Of a DNA stretch of 64,000 nucleotides, positions 19,335-30,169 are shown one piece after another (the first letter of the stretch is position 1; the number at the start of each line of letters is the position of its first letter). Below the pieces are notes generated by a model. It was not told the DNA's origin, made no database searches, and saw only the letters and a program-made list of their open reading frames with translations. Position numbers and translations under genes: made by a program. Source of the stretch: an uncultured virus (IMG/VR IMGVR_UViG_3300013728_000001) (lineage: Duplodnaviria > Heunggongvirae > Uroviricota > Caudoviricetes); IMG/VR virus record IMGVR_UViG_3300013728_000001; one strand, given 5' to 3'.

Positions 19335-19979
19335 TTACTTGCTGGTGGTTTTCTTGGTAGTCGTGGTGGTCTTGGCCTCTTCAGCTGGCTCAGCATCCGA
19401 TGACTCTGCAGGGGCATCCTGCGACGTTACAGGCACGTCGATTGGCGCTGGCTCCTGCGAAACTGCTGCGGTGCTGTCGTCGGCCGGCGTGCTGTCGGCA
19501 GCAGGCGTCGGATCGGTTTCCGCCGGGGTGGTGGAGCCAAAGCCGTTGTCGCCGCGGTCGGTTTCGGACAGTTCATCAACTTCTGTCCAGGTGACAGGCT
19601 CCACCTTCTCAATCACGGCCTGCGCAATGACCATGCCCGCCTTCGGCTCGATGGCCAGACCGCCTTCGTCGGCAATCATGCGCAGCTTGATCTCGCCGCG
19701 GTAGTCGCTGTCGATGATGGCCACGCAGTTAGACGGGCGCAGGAAGTTAGCGGTACCCAGCCCGGAACGCGCGTAAATCTTCATGCAGTAGCCCTCGGGG
19801 ATCTCCACGGCCAGCCCGGTAGTGATCCACCACGCGCGCGGCTGGCGGGCGCCGCCCTGCGTCTGTACAACGTTGAGTTTCACGTCCAGCGCGGTGATAT
19901 CCCACGCTGCAGCGCCTTTTGAGCCACGGAAAGGCAGAACTGCATCAGGGGTGAGGCGTTTAATCTTTACTTCAGGCAT
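19335..19979 (-). CDS. dut: dUTPase with low-complexity C-terminal extension
   Basis: AAAWD, RSGL, IDSDYRGE, IAQ and RG.NGFGST (motifs I-V). Confidence 0.95.
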   Translation of the reverse strand: MPEVKIKRLTPDAVLPFRGSKGAAAWDITALDVKLNVVQTQGGARQPRAWWITTGLAVEIPEGYCMKIYARSGLGTANFLRPSNCVAIIDSDYRGEIKLRMIADEGGLAIEPKAGMVIAQAVIEKVEPVTWTEVDELSETDRGDNGFGSTTPAETDPTPAADSTPADDSTAAVSQEPAPIDVPVTSQDAPAESSDAEPAEEAKTTTTTKKTTSK

Positions 19980-19982
19980 GAC

Positions 19983-20459
19983 TTACTCCGGGTTTTTGAA
20001 GGTGTAATGACGGCGGTAGCTTGTCGAAAGAGGCGCAAGCGGGACGTCGTGAAATTCCACCAGCCCGCGCTCAATCAGGCGGCGGACGGGTTTAAGAAAC
20101 TGCGCGCGGATCACGCCGTACTCGTTGAAAACGTCTGATGCAGTAATGACGTTTTTCTGGTTGAGCAGGGCGAGAATGTTGTTTTCCATCTTGGACATGC
20201 GGACCGGCGCAAGGGACGCAATAAATTTCACGGGGCGCGCCAGGCGATAGCTTTTCTCCGGCGACAGTTTGATCAGGCCGATATCCATCAGATCGGCCAG
20301 CGACTCGCGGATAGCGCAGGCGGACGTGTCAGCGGGCAGGGCGGCGGTAATGCCCCGGCGCAGGGCTGATGGCTTCTCGGTCAGCAGCGCCAGAATAGCG
20401 GAAGCGGTTTCCGGGTACCTGGCGCGAAAAATACCTAATTTAGTTAAAAGTCTGCTCAA
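19983..20459 (-). CDS. Putative tandem winged-helix DNA-binding protein
   Basis: Two repeats of a IL.LL...L...GL(I/V) pattern. Confidence 0.55.
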   Translation of the reverse strand: MSRLLTKLGIFRARYPETASAILALLTEKPSALRRGITAALPADTSACAIRESLADLMDIGLIKLSPEKSYRLARPVKFIASLAPVRMSKMENNILALLNQKNVITASDVFNEYGVIRAQFLKPVRRLIERGLVEFHDVPLAPLSTSYRRHYTFKNPE

Positions 20460-20565
20460 AGTTCTGTTATCCTTGCCAATGGTTTATTTCAGAATCCAAA
20501 ACCCAATGGTTATGAGTAAACCCGATTGAACGGAATCAGGGAGCCAGCGATGGCTCCCTTTTTCT

Positions 20566-21024
20566 TTAGTCCTGCGTCCACTTCTCGCCCGTATCAGCAC
20601 ATACCACGCCATGACACACGCGCCCCTGATCCAGACGATAGGCCATGCCGCCCAGCTTTATGCGCTTGCGGCAGTGCTGCGCGCCTGACAGATAGGCATG
20701 CGGAACGGCGGAATCAATCGCCCCTTCCTCGGTGCACAAGCCGTCCTCAGCATCGCTGTAGCCGCGGGCAAACTCGTCCAGCACTTCGCGCCGATCCTCA
20801 AAACGAATTGTTTCGCCCCGGTCCTGGCAGCGGGCGTACTCAATCGCGCCATACTTCGCCAGGCTGGCAATGGTTTTGGGGTGCCTGAAAATCTCCTCGC
20901 CCCAGTAATGCCCGGTGCAGGAGTCAACGTAAGAGCCGTTGGAATAGGTGCCGATAGGATTAGAGACGTCGTGTGCGGTCGCCACTGCGACGAAGAAGTT
21001 AACGACGTTGCCGGTAACAGACAT
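20566..21024 (-). CDS. Hypothetical phage protein
   Basis: Coupled to the upstream gene; terminator downstream. Confidence 0.65.
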   Translation of the reverse strand: MSVTGNVVNFFVAVATAHDVSNPIGTYSNGSYVDSCTGHYWGEEIFRHPKTIASLAKYGAIEYARCQDRGETIRFEDRREVLDEFARGYSDAEDGLCTEEGAIDSAVPHAYLSGAQHCRKRIKLGGMAYRLDQGRVCHGVVCADTGEKWTQD

Positions 21025-21356
21025 TATTGCCCCGCAAAAAGCCGCTGGCGGCTGCTGAACATGGTTTTACCCTGCTGGCTGAATGCGTCGTCCACCAGCC
21101 CGACAAATCCGGCAAATTCCTTTCTGTAATACTCCAGGAGTTTATTTGCGGCGCGGTCGGTGATGTTGGAAACGTAGTAGCAGGCGCTGTGTCGGTCGCG
21201 GTAGGTCTTATCGAGGGTCAGCAGCGGGGCTGCTTCTGACAGGGTGCTGACACCAAACTCCACCAGCGCAACTCCGCCGCGCATAATGGCGGTAAAGCTC
21301 AGCTGGTGGGCGTCTATGTCAAAGGTGCGGTGCAGCAGTATCTGTTGTGTGGCCAT
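21024..21356 (-). CDS. Hypothetical phage protein
   Basis: 110-aa ORF downstream of cre. Confidence 0.6.
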   Translation of the reverse strand: MATQQILLHRTFDIDAHQLSFTAIMRGGVALVEFGVSTLSEAAPLLTLDKTYRDRHSACYYVSNITDRAANKLLEYYRKEFAGFVGLVDDAFSQQGKTMFSSRQRLFAGQ

Positions 21357-21450
21357 CGTTAATCGCAGGTGCGGGACGGCCTGAATTGTGGGCTAAAAAA
21401 CGCCAGGTTACAACGGTAATTTATTTAGAATTATGTGTGTTTCATATCGG

Positions 21451-22482
21451 TCATTCTCCGTCGAGAATCCCGGACATTTTGCCTTTCTGGCTTTCGGAGC
21501 GGCGCAGGTAGCGCATAACGGTTTTTGGGTCAGTCCAGGTGCCTTCCTGCATGATCTGCGTGATGGTAGCGTCGCGCTCCGCCATATCCATCGCCGCGCC
21601 CACGCGCGCACTATGGCCGGACCATTTCGTGTAGCGCCCTTTATTGTCTTTAACCGGATCTTTACCCAGCAAATCCCACGCATCTTTGAAAATCTTCTCC
21701 GTGGCCGGGGCGCTCATGGGCTTTTCCGACACGCCAGCCGTGTTGTTGTGACGGACGGGACCGAATATCACGGCATCGGGGCAGTTAATCAGCCCGGATA
21801 CGTCCAGCCAGCGCAGCAGGTGGCCGGCGGCAGATTTGCTCAGGTGCTTTATCACGCCGGCAGCGGTCACCATCGTTTTTGTGTGGGTCAGGTTAACGAT
21901 CACATGGCCGCTTTCGTCGATATCCAGATCGCGCACCCGGATGCGGCTCAGTTCGGACATGCGGCAAAGGGTGTTGTAGGCCAGGTAGAGAAACGCCAGA
22001 TTGCGCATATCGGTCAGTTTGTCGGATCGCCCCATGATGTGCGACAGCAGCTGCAGATCCGGTAGCCGGAACGGGATAGCCTGGCCGGTGCGCTCGCCGC
22101 CCACCACGGCCTCGCGCTTGATGCGCTTCATGGCGCGCTGCACGTCCACGTTCAGCAGCAGCTGCGGCAGGCCGCACTGCTTGCACAGCATGTTCATCAT
22201 GGCGTAATGCTTTTCGATCGTGCTCGATGCAAGCCCGCTTTCCGCCATGGACAGAAAGTAAATGCGGGCCAGCTCCGGATCGATTGGCAGATACGTCAGG
22301 CCGCGCGCGCTGCACCACGTCGCCCAGCGCCGGATCACCGAAAGCAGGTCACGAAAGGTGTTCTCAGAATAAGCGCCTTTATCCGCAATAAAGCGGCGCA
22401 GATTATTAGCGACGTCCTGCGGCGTTAATGTGGTTAATTCCGCCGGAATCACGCTGCTTTTAATTTCCGCTAAATCTTTCAT
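21451..22482 (-). CDS. cre: Cre/Dre-family tyrosine recombinase
   Basis: 343 aa; AYSENT.R.L, AYNTL.R..E..RIRV.D, HTKT, WSGHSARVGAA.DMA and VMRY.R as in Cre. Confidence 0.95.
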   Translation of the reverse strand: MKDLAEIKSSVIPAELTTLTPQDVANNLRRFIADKGAYSENTFRDLLSVIRRWATWCSARGLTYLPIDPELARIYFLSMAESGLASSTIEKHYAMMNMLCKQCGLPQLLLNVDVQRAMKRIKREAVVGGERTGQAIPFRLPDLQLLSHIMGRSDKLTDMRNLAFLYLAYNTLCRMSELSRIRVRDLDIDESGHVIVNLTHTKTMVTAAGVIKHLSKSAAGHLLRWLDVSGLINCPDAVIFGPVRHNNTAGVSEKPMSAPATEKIFKDAWDLLGKDPVKDNKGRYTKWSGHSARVGAAMDMAERDATITQIMQEGTWTDPKTVMRYLRRSESQKGKMSGILDGE

Positions 22483-22684
22483 TTATATATTTTCCTTAAA
22501 AAACGGCATGGCGTCGCTACGCAAAAGTTATCAAAACGTCAGGGGGGTTATGCGTCAGATTTCACGTAGCGGCGTCTGACTATGCCTCACTGCCGTATAG
22601 CTCAGAATCTGTACAGAATGCCACGTTTTACACCAACTGATCATTTGATCATCCAACTACTGATCAAGCATACATGAAAGCTAT

Positions 22685-22718
22685 CAAACTTTATATAAGG
22701 TTAATTATTTAAAGTTTC
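22685..22718. other. lox-type recombination site (rox/pox-like, 34 bp)
   Basis: CAAACTTTATATA-AGGTTAAT-TATTTAAAGTTTC: 13-bp near-perfect inverted arms with an 8-bp spacer, about 200 bp upstream of cre. Confidence 0.85.
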
Positions 22719-23091
22719 ATTTCCCGGCCAAAAACAGGCGCGGCGCGTGCTGAAGCGTCAGAAAAGTGTAAAATTTAGAATCCGGGAGGTTTTTCCGCGT
22801 GATCGGTCTCAGGGCTTCATATATGATCATCTGGCAGTCTGGTTTGTTACTTCGGGTTATAGTTCTGACTCGTAACATTGCAGGTAACATAAAGCGCAAC
22901 GGCGGCGATAACACCTGTGAGAGACGTGCGGACTTGTAGATAATTTATAAGGTCACTAAATACGGACTATTCTTAATATAGGGGTTTCTAAGAAGTTATC
23001 GTTTTACAGCATTTCTTTGCCCGTCTATATTTCCGCTTATTAAGTCCAGAGGGACTGCACAGCTGCCGCCTAAAAATTTTTGGAACACATT

Positions 23092-24168
23092 ATGCCTAAG
23101 TTTAGCGACGTAGAATTTGAACAAAGCTATAAACATTTCCTGCAGGTTCAGCGTGAATGGTTCGGCCTCATTACACCTCTAATCGTGTACTCAGAGGAAA
23201 ACGCCAATGGCGAAGATGCACGCCCGATTGCCTTCACGAACGACAAAAAGATCCTGGACCGCGCACAGCACCTGATTACCGAATGGCAGCGCTTTGCAGA
23301 CCTGGCGGACGCCAAGCGCGCAGAGACCCAGGCTAAAACGCTGGCCGTCCATATCTCGGGCTACTCGCCGGTACCGACGATCATGGTAAACCCGCGCAAG
23401 GTAACAGTAACCCGTTTTCCCGGAACGTCATCAGGCAAAGCCACCCGTGAGAGCATTCTGAACCGCTATCACCAGCAGCTGCGTAAGCTGGATAAGGTTC
23501 CTTTTGCTGCCGGCGCTATCCTCTCACTGAAAGAGGAAATGAAGGCCTTTGAAAACGCACCGGAAGGGGCGCTTTACCGCCTGCGCATGAGCAACTACTT
23601 CGATACGCAGGTTATGGCGCGGTTTGATAGCCCGAACGATGAAAGAAACGTGGATAACTACCGTTACGGCGCTCACGGCATGCTGATTTACAGCGAGCAC
23701 ATGGATCTTAAAACGGATTTCACGGCAAACCTGAATCCCTCCAGCGGTGCAGTATCAGTATTTGACCTGATAAAGCCGCTGCCATGCGCCGTGCTGCCGT
23801 CCGCCACTGTTTACCTGATGGACGACGTGGACGCCGCCAAGCTCCACCACAAGCAGATTTACGTCATTGAGACGGCTATCTACCAGCGCGAACGCCTGTT
23901 TAAAAAGCGCAGCGAGGCGCTGATGCTGCGCTCCGACACGCAGGAGCAGGCGCAGAAAGCGCAGGAGAAGATTAAAGCTGGCGCAGAAGCCGTTGCTGAA
24001 CTGAATGCCATGGATCGTGAACTGATGAACATGAAAACAGCAGCCGGCGACACTGAATTGCTGACCGTGCCAGAAATGCGCGCGCGTTATGCAAATGAGT
24101 TTGGTCGCCGCAGTGGCCATACTCTGCAGCAGCTGGTGGAGCGTGCGCAGAAGCTCAGAAAGGTATAA
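23092..24168 (+). CDS. c1: C1-like primary repressor
   Basis: YSPVPTIM..PRKVT and S.FD.I.PL.C...P.A.VY.M.D match recalled P1 C1 segments; pacB-c1-lox-cre synteny. Confidence 0.8.
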   Translation: MPKFSDVEFEQSYKHFLQVQREWFGLITPLIVYSEENANGEDARPIAFTNDKKILDRAQHLITEWQRFADLADAKRAETQAKTLAVHISGYSPVPTIMVNPRKVTVTRFPGTSSGKATRESILNRYHQQLRKLDKVPFAAGAILSLKEEMKAFENAPEGALYRLRMSNYFDTQVMARFDSPNDERNVDNYRYGAHGMLIYSEHMDLKTDFTANLNPSSGAVSVFDLIKPLPCAVLPSATVYLMDDVDAAKLHHKQIYVIETAIYQRERLFKKRSEALMLRSDTQEQAQKAQEKIKAGAEAVAELNAMDRELMNMKTAAGDTELLTVPEMRARYANEFGRRSGHTLQQLVERAQKLRKV

Positions 24169-24180
24169 CCGGACAGCATG

Positions 24181-24206
24181 AAAAGGGCGCACAAGCGCCC
24201 TTTTTT
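24181..24206. terminator. Bidirectional terminator between c1 and pacB
   Basis: AAAAGGGCGC-ACAA-GCGCCCTTTTTT. Confidence 0.8.
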
Positions 24207-24222
24207 ATTGCCTGGCTGGTGG

Positions 24223-25733
24223 TCACGCCAGTAGCGCGCCCAGCTCCTCCAGCTCTTTGAGTTTGCTCTCCGCAAAGTCTGCCATGCCTTCGTCAATCTC
24301 TGCCTCTGCCGGACGGTAACCAATCAGGAAGATAAAGCAGTACGTGTCCCAGCGGTCAGGCGACTTGATGTTGAGTTTCTGGCGCATCTGAGGCTTCGGC
24401 ACCATCATGATCCGCCCCATTTCATCCATGTAATACGGTATCTTCGATCCCTGCTCCGCTGTGTGCTGAGAGGCGTCTATGCGCATCCTGCCGGACCGGA
24501 CAGCATCAGCGGCCATGATGTTCGCCCAGGCGCGCTGATTCTTAAAGCGTTCCCGCACCTTCTTACTGAACGGCGGTTGCCCCCAGCGGATATTGACCGC
24601 ATTCACGCCCCGGCGCTCCAGCTGCTTCAGCGTGGCAGAGCCCACGCCATCACCATCGACGGCAATCGTGATCCCCGGATAGCGCTCCTGCGTGCACTCG
24701 TTAGCGATGAAGTCACCGAAGGATATCGGGTCCATCGTGCCAGGCATTTCCACCAGCTTAAACGACACCACGCGCCGCGCATCACCATGCCCGGACACTC
24801 TGCAGATGTTGAGTATCGACTTATCGCGCCCGTTACCGACGTCAGCGGTAGCCACCCAGCCCCAGCCTTTCTCCAGGTATACTTTGCGCCGTGCAGCGCG
24901 ATCGCACTCGTCACGCCCCAGCAGATAGCCGCTGATGTTGCGCGGGAAGCGCCCCAGCACCTTCACCATGTACTCCAGAGAGTCGCGCCCGCCGTACTCC
25001 AGCAGCTTTTCCCTGATGAACTTCAGGGTGACGTGCGGCGCCTCCTCAGAATTGAGGACAATGGCATTCCAGATCCCGTCCGGGTTATCGGGGTTACGGG
25101 CTAACGAGTGGTGCGAGTCATAGAAATAGCCGCTTGGCCGCGTGGGCTGCGACATCATCAGCATGCGGTTATCGGTCTCTGTCAGCGCACCACGCATGAT
25201 AGCTATTGCTTTATCAGAGATACCTGACGCTTCATCGAGGATCAGCAGGATATGCGCGGCGTGCTCGCCGGCCAGCGCTTCTTCATTACCCAGGCGGAAG
25301 CCCTTACAGAGCACTTCCCATATCCCCTTACGCGACTTCTCATAAAACATGGTGTCCGTCAGGGTGAAGTAGTTTTGTAGCCAGGGGTGACGTTTGGCGG
25401 CGTTAGCCCAGTAGGTTTTGACGTATTTGAATACGCCCGTTTTAACCTGTCCGATTTTGTTGGCCACGATGATTACGCGCGCATCCGGGAACATGATCAT
25501 GTAAATCAGCAGCATCATAGCCGTCAGGGATGATTTGCCGGTACCGTGGCCGGACGTTACTGTAGTCTGGCTTCCGGTCTCCTGTACGGAGTTAAGTATC
25601 TCTTCCTGCTGCCAGGTGGGGATAAGGCCAAATAGCTCGACTACCGCCGTCGCCCAGTCATAGCGATAGCGGATCACCATATCGCGCCAGCGCGGGTCCG
25701 TGGTGACGCTCCTGATGCGTTTTTTTCCGCTCA

Positions 25734-25734
<1 letters not shown>
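24223..25734 (-). CDS. pacB: Terminase large subunit PacB
   Basis: SGHGTGKS Walker A, ILDEASG Walker B, ADVG.GRD nuclease motif and SPD..D. Confidence 0.93.
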
Positions 25735-27047
<1,313 letters not shown>

Positions 27048-27080
27048 GGTTTATCGTTCAAATGAGGCCAATAAACCGGG

Positions 27081-27101
27081 ATGGTAAGGAGTCTGTATTT
27101 T
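27081..27101 (-). promoter_or_regulatory. Candidate late promoter of pacAB
   Basis: AAAATACAGACTCCTTACCAT, shared with three other late-gene upstream regions. Confidence 0.6.
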
Positions 27102-27232
27102 GCAATGATCACAATAATGATCACGAAGCGCACAAACGCATCTGAATTTGTCAGATGCAGAGACACTTTTATAAAAAACTGTGTTATTTTTATGTCTCAA
27201 TCGAAGTACGAAATTAACCATTGGGTAAATAA

Positions 27233-28360
27233 ATGTCTAACAAGAAAGCAGTTTTAGTAGCAGTGGATGCTGGTTCCGGAAACGTGACTATCGCCTATGA
27301 GGAAAAAGGTCAGTGGGTCTCTCGTATCACGCCATCCCTCGTTGAAGTAGGCCACCAGCAGTCTATTTCTAGCAACGCCTCCTCTATCTGGCTGACAGAA
27401 GGCGACTTTGGCAAAGAGACCGCATACACCGTCGTTAAAAAGGGCTTTACCGACCTCTACGACACCTGCGACCCGGACTATCAGATCTCCGCGCCTCACC
27501 GCGTGCTGGTGCATGAATGCCTGAAACGCGCGGGTATCGTGGACTGCGATGTTATTCTTGGTGAGACGCTGCCTATCGGGCAGTACTACAGCGGCAACGG
27601 CGTGATCAATCAGGCGCGCATTGATAAGAAAGTTGCCAGCCTCAAAAAGCCTGTGCGCAACTACAGCGACGACGTACAGCCGGCGCGCATTAAGCACGTA
27701 CAGGTATTCCCGGAAGCAATCCCGGCTATTCTGGCGGCTCAATCTGAGTTCCCGGAGCTGGAAGAAGAAGCGCAGACCATTCTGGTAGTGGATATTGGCC
27801 GCTTCACCTGTGATATCGCTATCGTGGATGAAGAACTGGTTCCAATCAAAAAGGCTAGCTTTGAGCATGGCATTCAGAAGATGATCAACCGCGTTCGCGT
27901 GTTGCTGCAGGAGTTTGAAGTCACCTCTGGCCGCTCTTTTAATGCAGAAGAGATCCCGCCAGGTGCAATCGACGACATTATCCGTCAGGGCTATATCGGC
28001 TCACGTCTGGAAGCAGCAAAAGCCAAGCGTATCGACGTCACCAGCGTAATTAATCAGGCCGCAGGCGAGCTTGCAGCGGAAATCTGGCGCGACGTGCGCT
28101 CTCTGCTGCGTAACGCCATTGCGGTTGATGCAGTGCTGGTGGTAGGTGGCGGCGCTAACTATCTGGCTGGCCGTCAGGAAGGGCTGACCGACTTTACAGC
28201 GGACTGGCATGATGTGGTCATGGTGCCGGAGAACCCGGAAGAGGCTAACGCACGCGGCGTATTCATTGCACTGATGGATGCAGAAGATGAATTGCGCGAT
28301 ATGGTAAAAGACGCCAGCAACGTCAGCGATATTACCAGTCGCGTCAGCGATAAAGGTTAA
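27233..28360 (+). CDS. parM: ParM/StbA actin-like partition ATPase
   Basis: VDAGSGN, V.PE.IPA, VVDIG..T.D and LVVGGGA actin-fold motifs. Confidence 0.9.
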   Translation: MSNKKAVLVAVDAGSGNVTIAYEEKGQWVSRITPSLVEVGHQQSISSNASSIWLTEGDFGKETAYTVVKKGFTDLYDTCDPDYQISAPHRVLVHECLKRAGIVDCDVILGETLPIGQYYSGNGVINQARIDKKVASLKKPVRNYSDDVQPARIKHVQVFPEAIPAILAAQSEFPELEEEAQTILVVDIGRFTCDIAIVDEELVPIKKASFEHGIQKMINRVRVLLQEFEVTSGRSFNAEEIPPGAIDDIIRQGYIGSRLEAAKAKRIDVTSVINQAAGELAAEIWRDVRSLLRNAIAVDAVLVVGGGANYLAGRQEGLTDFTADWHDVVMVPENPEEANARGVFIALMDAEDELRDMVKDASNVSDITSRVSDKG

Positions 28361-28362
28361 TC

Positions 28363-28956
28363 ATGAGTCAGGTATTAAGAATTGTAGGCCTGGAAGAAGA
28401 TGGGCTTTTCGGTTCCGCCGTTTTAAAGTCATACAATGGTCTGGCAAGCCACAGCCATAAGCGTAACTATCTGGCGCGCATAGTGCGCAACGGGTACGCA
28501 GTGGATGAAATGGGGCTTAGCACCCTTATTGAGCTGATACAGACGACTGACGGCAAAAAGTTCATGAAGATGAACCAGCGCGACCGTATGAAGCGCCTGT
28601 TGAGCCTGATTAACGTCGTTATGTGTGAAGATGTACCCGAGCTGCCGGAGTCAGACGTACAGCCTGCGCCAGCGCCAGTGGTAAAGGCCGCGCCAGCCGC
28701 TGCAGAGCCACCAGCTGCAGCCCCGGTATCACAGCCGGAACCCGTGGCCACTGTAAGCGAGCCAGAGCCAGAGCCAGAGCCGGACCCGGTGCCACCAGCA
28801 GAGCCGGTAGCTGAAGCCAGCAATCCTGAAGAGAAAACGTCTGCATCAGTTGCCCCTGACGCAGATTCGGAAGGTGAAGCGAAGGTGTTTGGCTCAACGC
28901 GCAAAAAGTCGGGTAAAGGGCGCAGTCTGATAAACCCGGCAGGCGCGAAAAGCTGA
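28363..28956 (+). CDS. ParR/StbB-like partition adaptor (putative)
   Basis: Directly downstream of parM; folded N-terminus plus Pro/Glu/Ala-rich tail. Confidence 0.6.
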   Translation: MSQVLRIVGLEEDGLFGSAVLKSYNGLASHSHKRNYLARIVRNGYAVDEMGLSTLIELIQTTDGKKFMKMNQRDRMKRLLSLINVVMCEDVPELPESDVQPAPAPVVKAAPAAAEPPAAAPVSQPEPVATVSEPEPEPEPDPVPPAEPVAEASNPEEKTSASVAPDADSEGEAKVFGSTRKKSGKGRSLINPAGAKS

Positions 28957-28976
28957 TCCTGCCTTCTCCACCCCGT

Positions 28977-29384
28977 TCACATGAGCGGGGTGTTTTCTAT
29001 CCTTCCCCGCATACACCTGTCCATCAGTTCCCTTGCCATCACGCATACAGAACGTAGCTCCATTTCTTTTGACTGGAGGCGGCGCTTCGTGGCGCTGGTA
29101 ACAATCAGCGAATCGTAGTCAATGTCCGGGCGTCCGCGCGCTTTGAAGGTGTAGCCTTTTAACGCATCCAGGCGGTACTGACGTGGATAAGCGTCAGGGT
29201 GTACGCAGCATTGCGCAAAAGGAGAGCGGACAAAAGAGCGCAGAATATTAGTGATGATACCGGGATTGACTAATAAGTGCGGGTACTTTGCTTCCACCAG
29301 CCGGGTAACCTCTGCTACCGTCATATAATCACGATTGCGAACCAGCAGATCCGCCACCTCTATACTGCTCACCTTTTTGACCAT
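28977..29384 (-). CDS. lpa: Lpa-like late promoter activator
   Basis: DYMTV.E.T.LV..KYPHL.V...R.FV.S resembles recalled P1 Lpa; position upstream of pacAB. Confidence 0.7.
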   Translation of the reverse strand: MVKKVSSIEVADLLVRNRDYMTVAEVTRLVEAKYPHLLVNPGIITNILRSFVRSPFAQCCVHPDAYPRQYRLDALKGYTFKARGRPDIDYDSLIVTSATKRRLQSKEMELRSVCVMARELMDRCMRGRIENTPLM

Positions 29385-29947
29385 GTATCGCTCCGCTACG
29401 AAAATAATACATGCAATTCTAAATGATGTGAATTTTGCGTGGATTACAAAACGCGCATTTTAGAGTTTTCCCATTCAGATTTTCTTTGCGCTATGAATTT
29501 TTTACGTCTGGCTGGTTTAAGGTTGGTTAAGGTTAAGGGCTGTTATGAGGGATGGAAGCAGAGCGTAAATAGTGCTGTGCGGAGTGAATTATCTAAAATT
29601 AGTACCAACTAAAATTGAATTTTTCTACTTTGGGGTATGTGTTCCCTAAAGACTATTTTAGAAACCTGTATTCAGGGCTGGTTCGGCCAGCCCATCCAGA
29701 TCAGCGGTAGCTTTTCAGCAGGTGGCTAACAGTGTTCGACCAGTTGGTTACAGTGTCACGGGCTAAGCGGTGGTCAACCTCGCTGTAAAGGTTATCCGGC
29801 AACGGTTACCCGGCTTCATCCTCAAACCGTAATCCTTCCGTCGTGCCTGACTTACTCATATTAACGCTGTAATCAAACTTACCCTTTGCCCCGTAAACCC
29901 TGCTTAGTTTATGAACTTAGCATCGGTAAAATATGAGACGCGGACAT

Positions 29948-29979
29948 AACGTCCGCTATGTGCCAAAAGCGGACGTTGC
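29948..29979. repeat. Hairpin element AACGTCCGCT-N10-AGCGGACGTT (left border of defence cassette)
   Basis: 10-bp stem; inverted relative at 36461-36489. Confidence 0.7.
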
Positions 29980-30169
29980 AAACATCTGCATGTAATAATC
30001 TACGGGGAGCAGGTCATATCTCAATCAGACCTAATGAAGAAACGGGTTATTGTCAATAAAACGAATTTTAGTATAGAGTGCTTTTTTTTCAGCATAGTCT
30101 CATTGCTTAAGCCGGAATTGAATGTGCCCATCAATTCATAATTAAAAAAATTTCTCAAGGAGTTGTGGC

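Noticed and set aside
22668..22675. GCATACAT, identical to the loxP spacer, upstream of cre
   Set aside because: No loxP arms flank it; the real inverted repeat is at 22685-22718.
29701..29859. Short minus-strand frame with an internal TAA (MSKSG...*...DHRLA...)
   Set aside because: Possible gene remnant, but too short and degenerate to assign.
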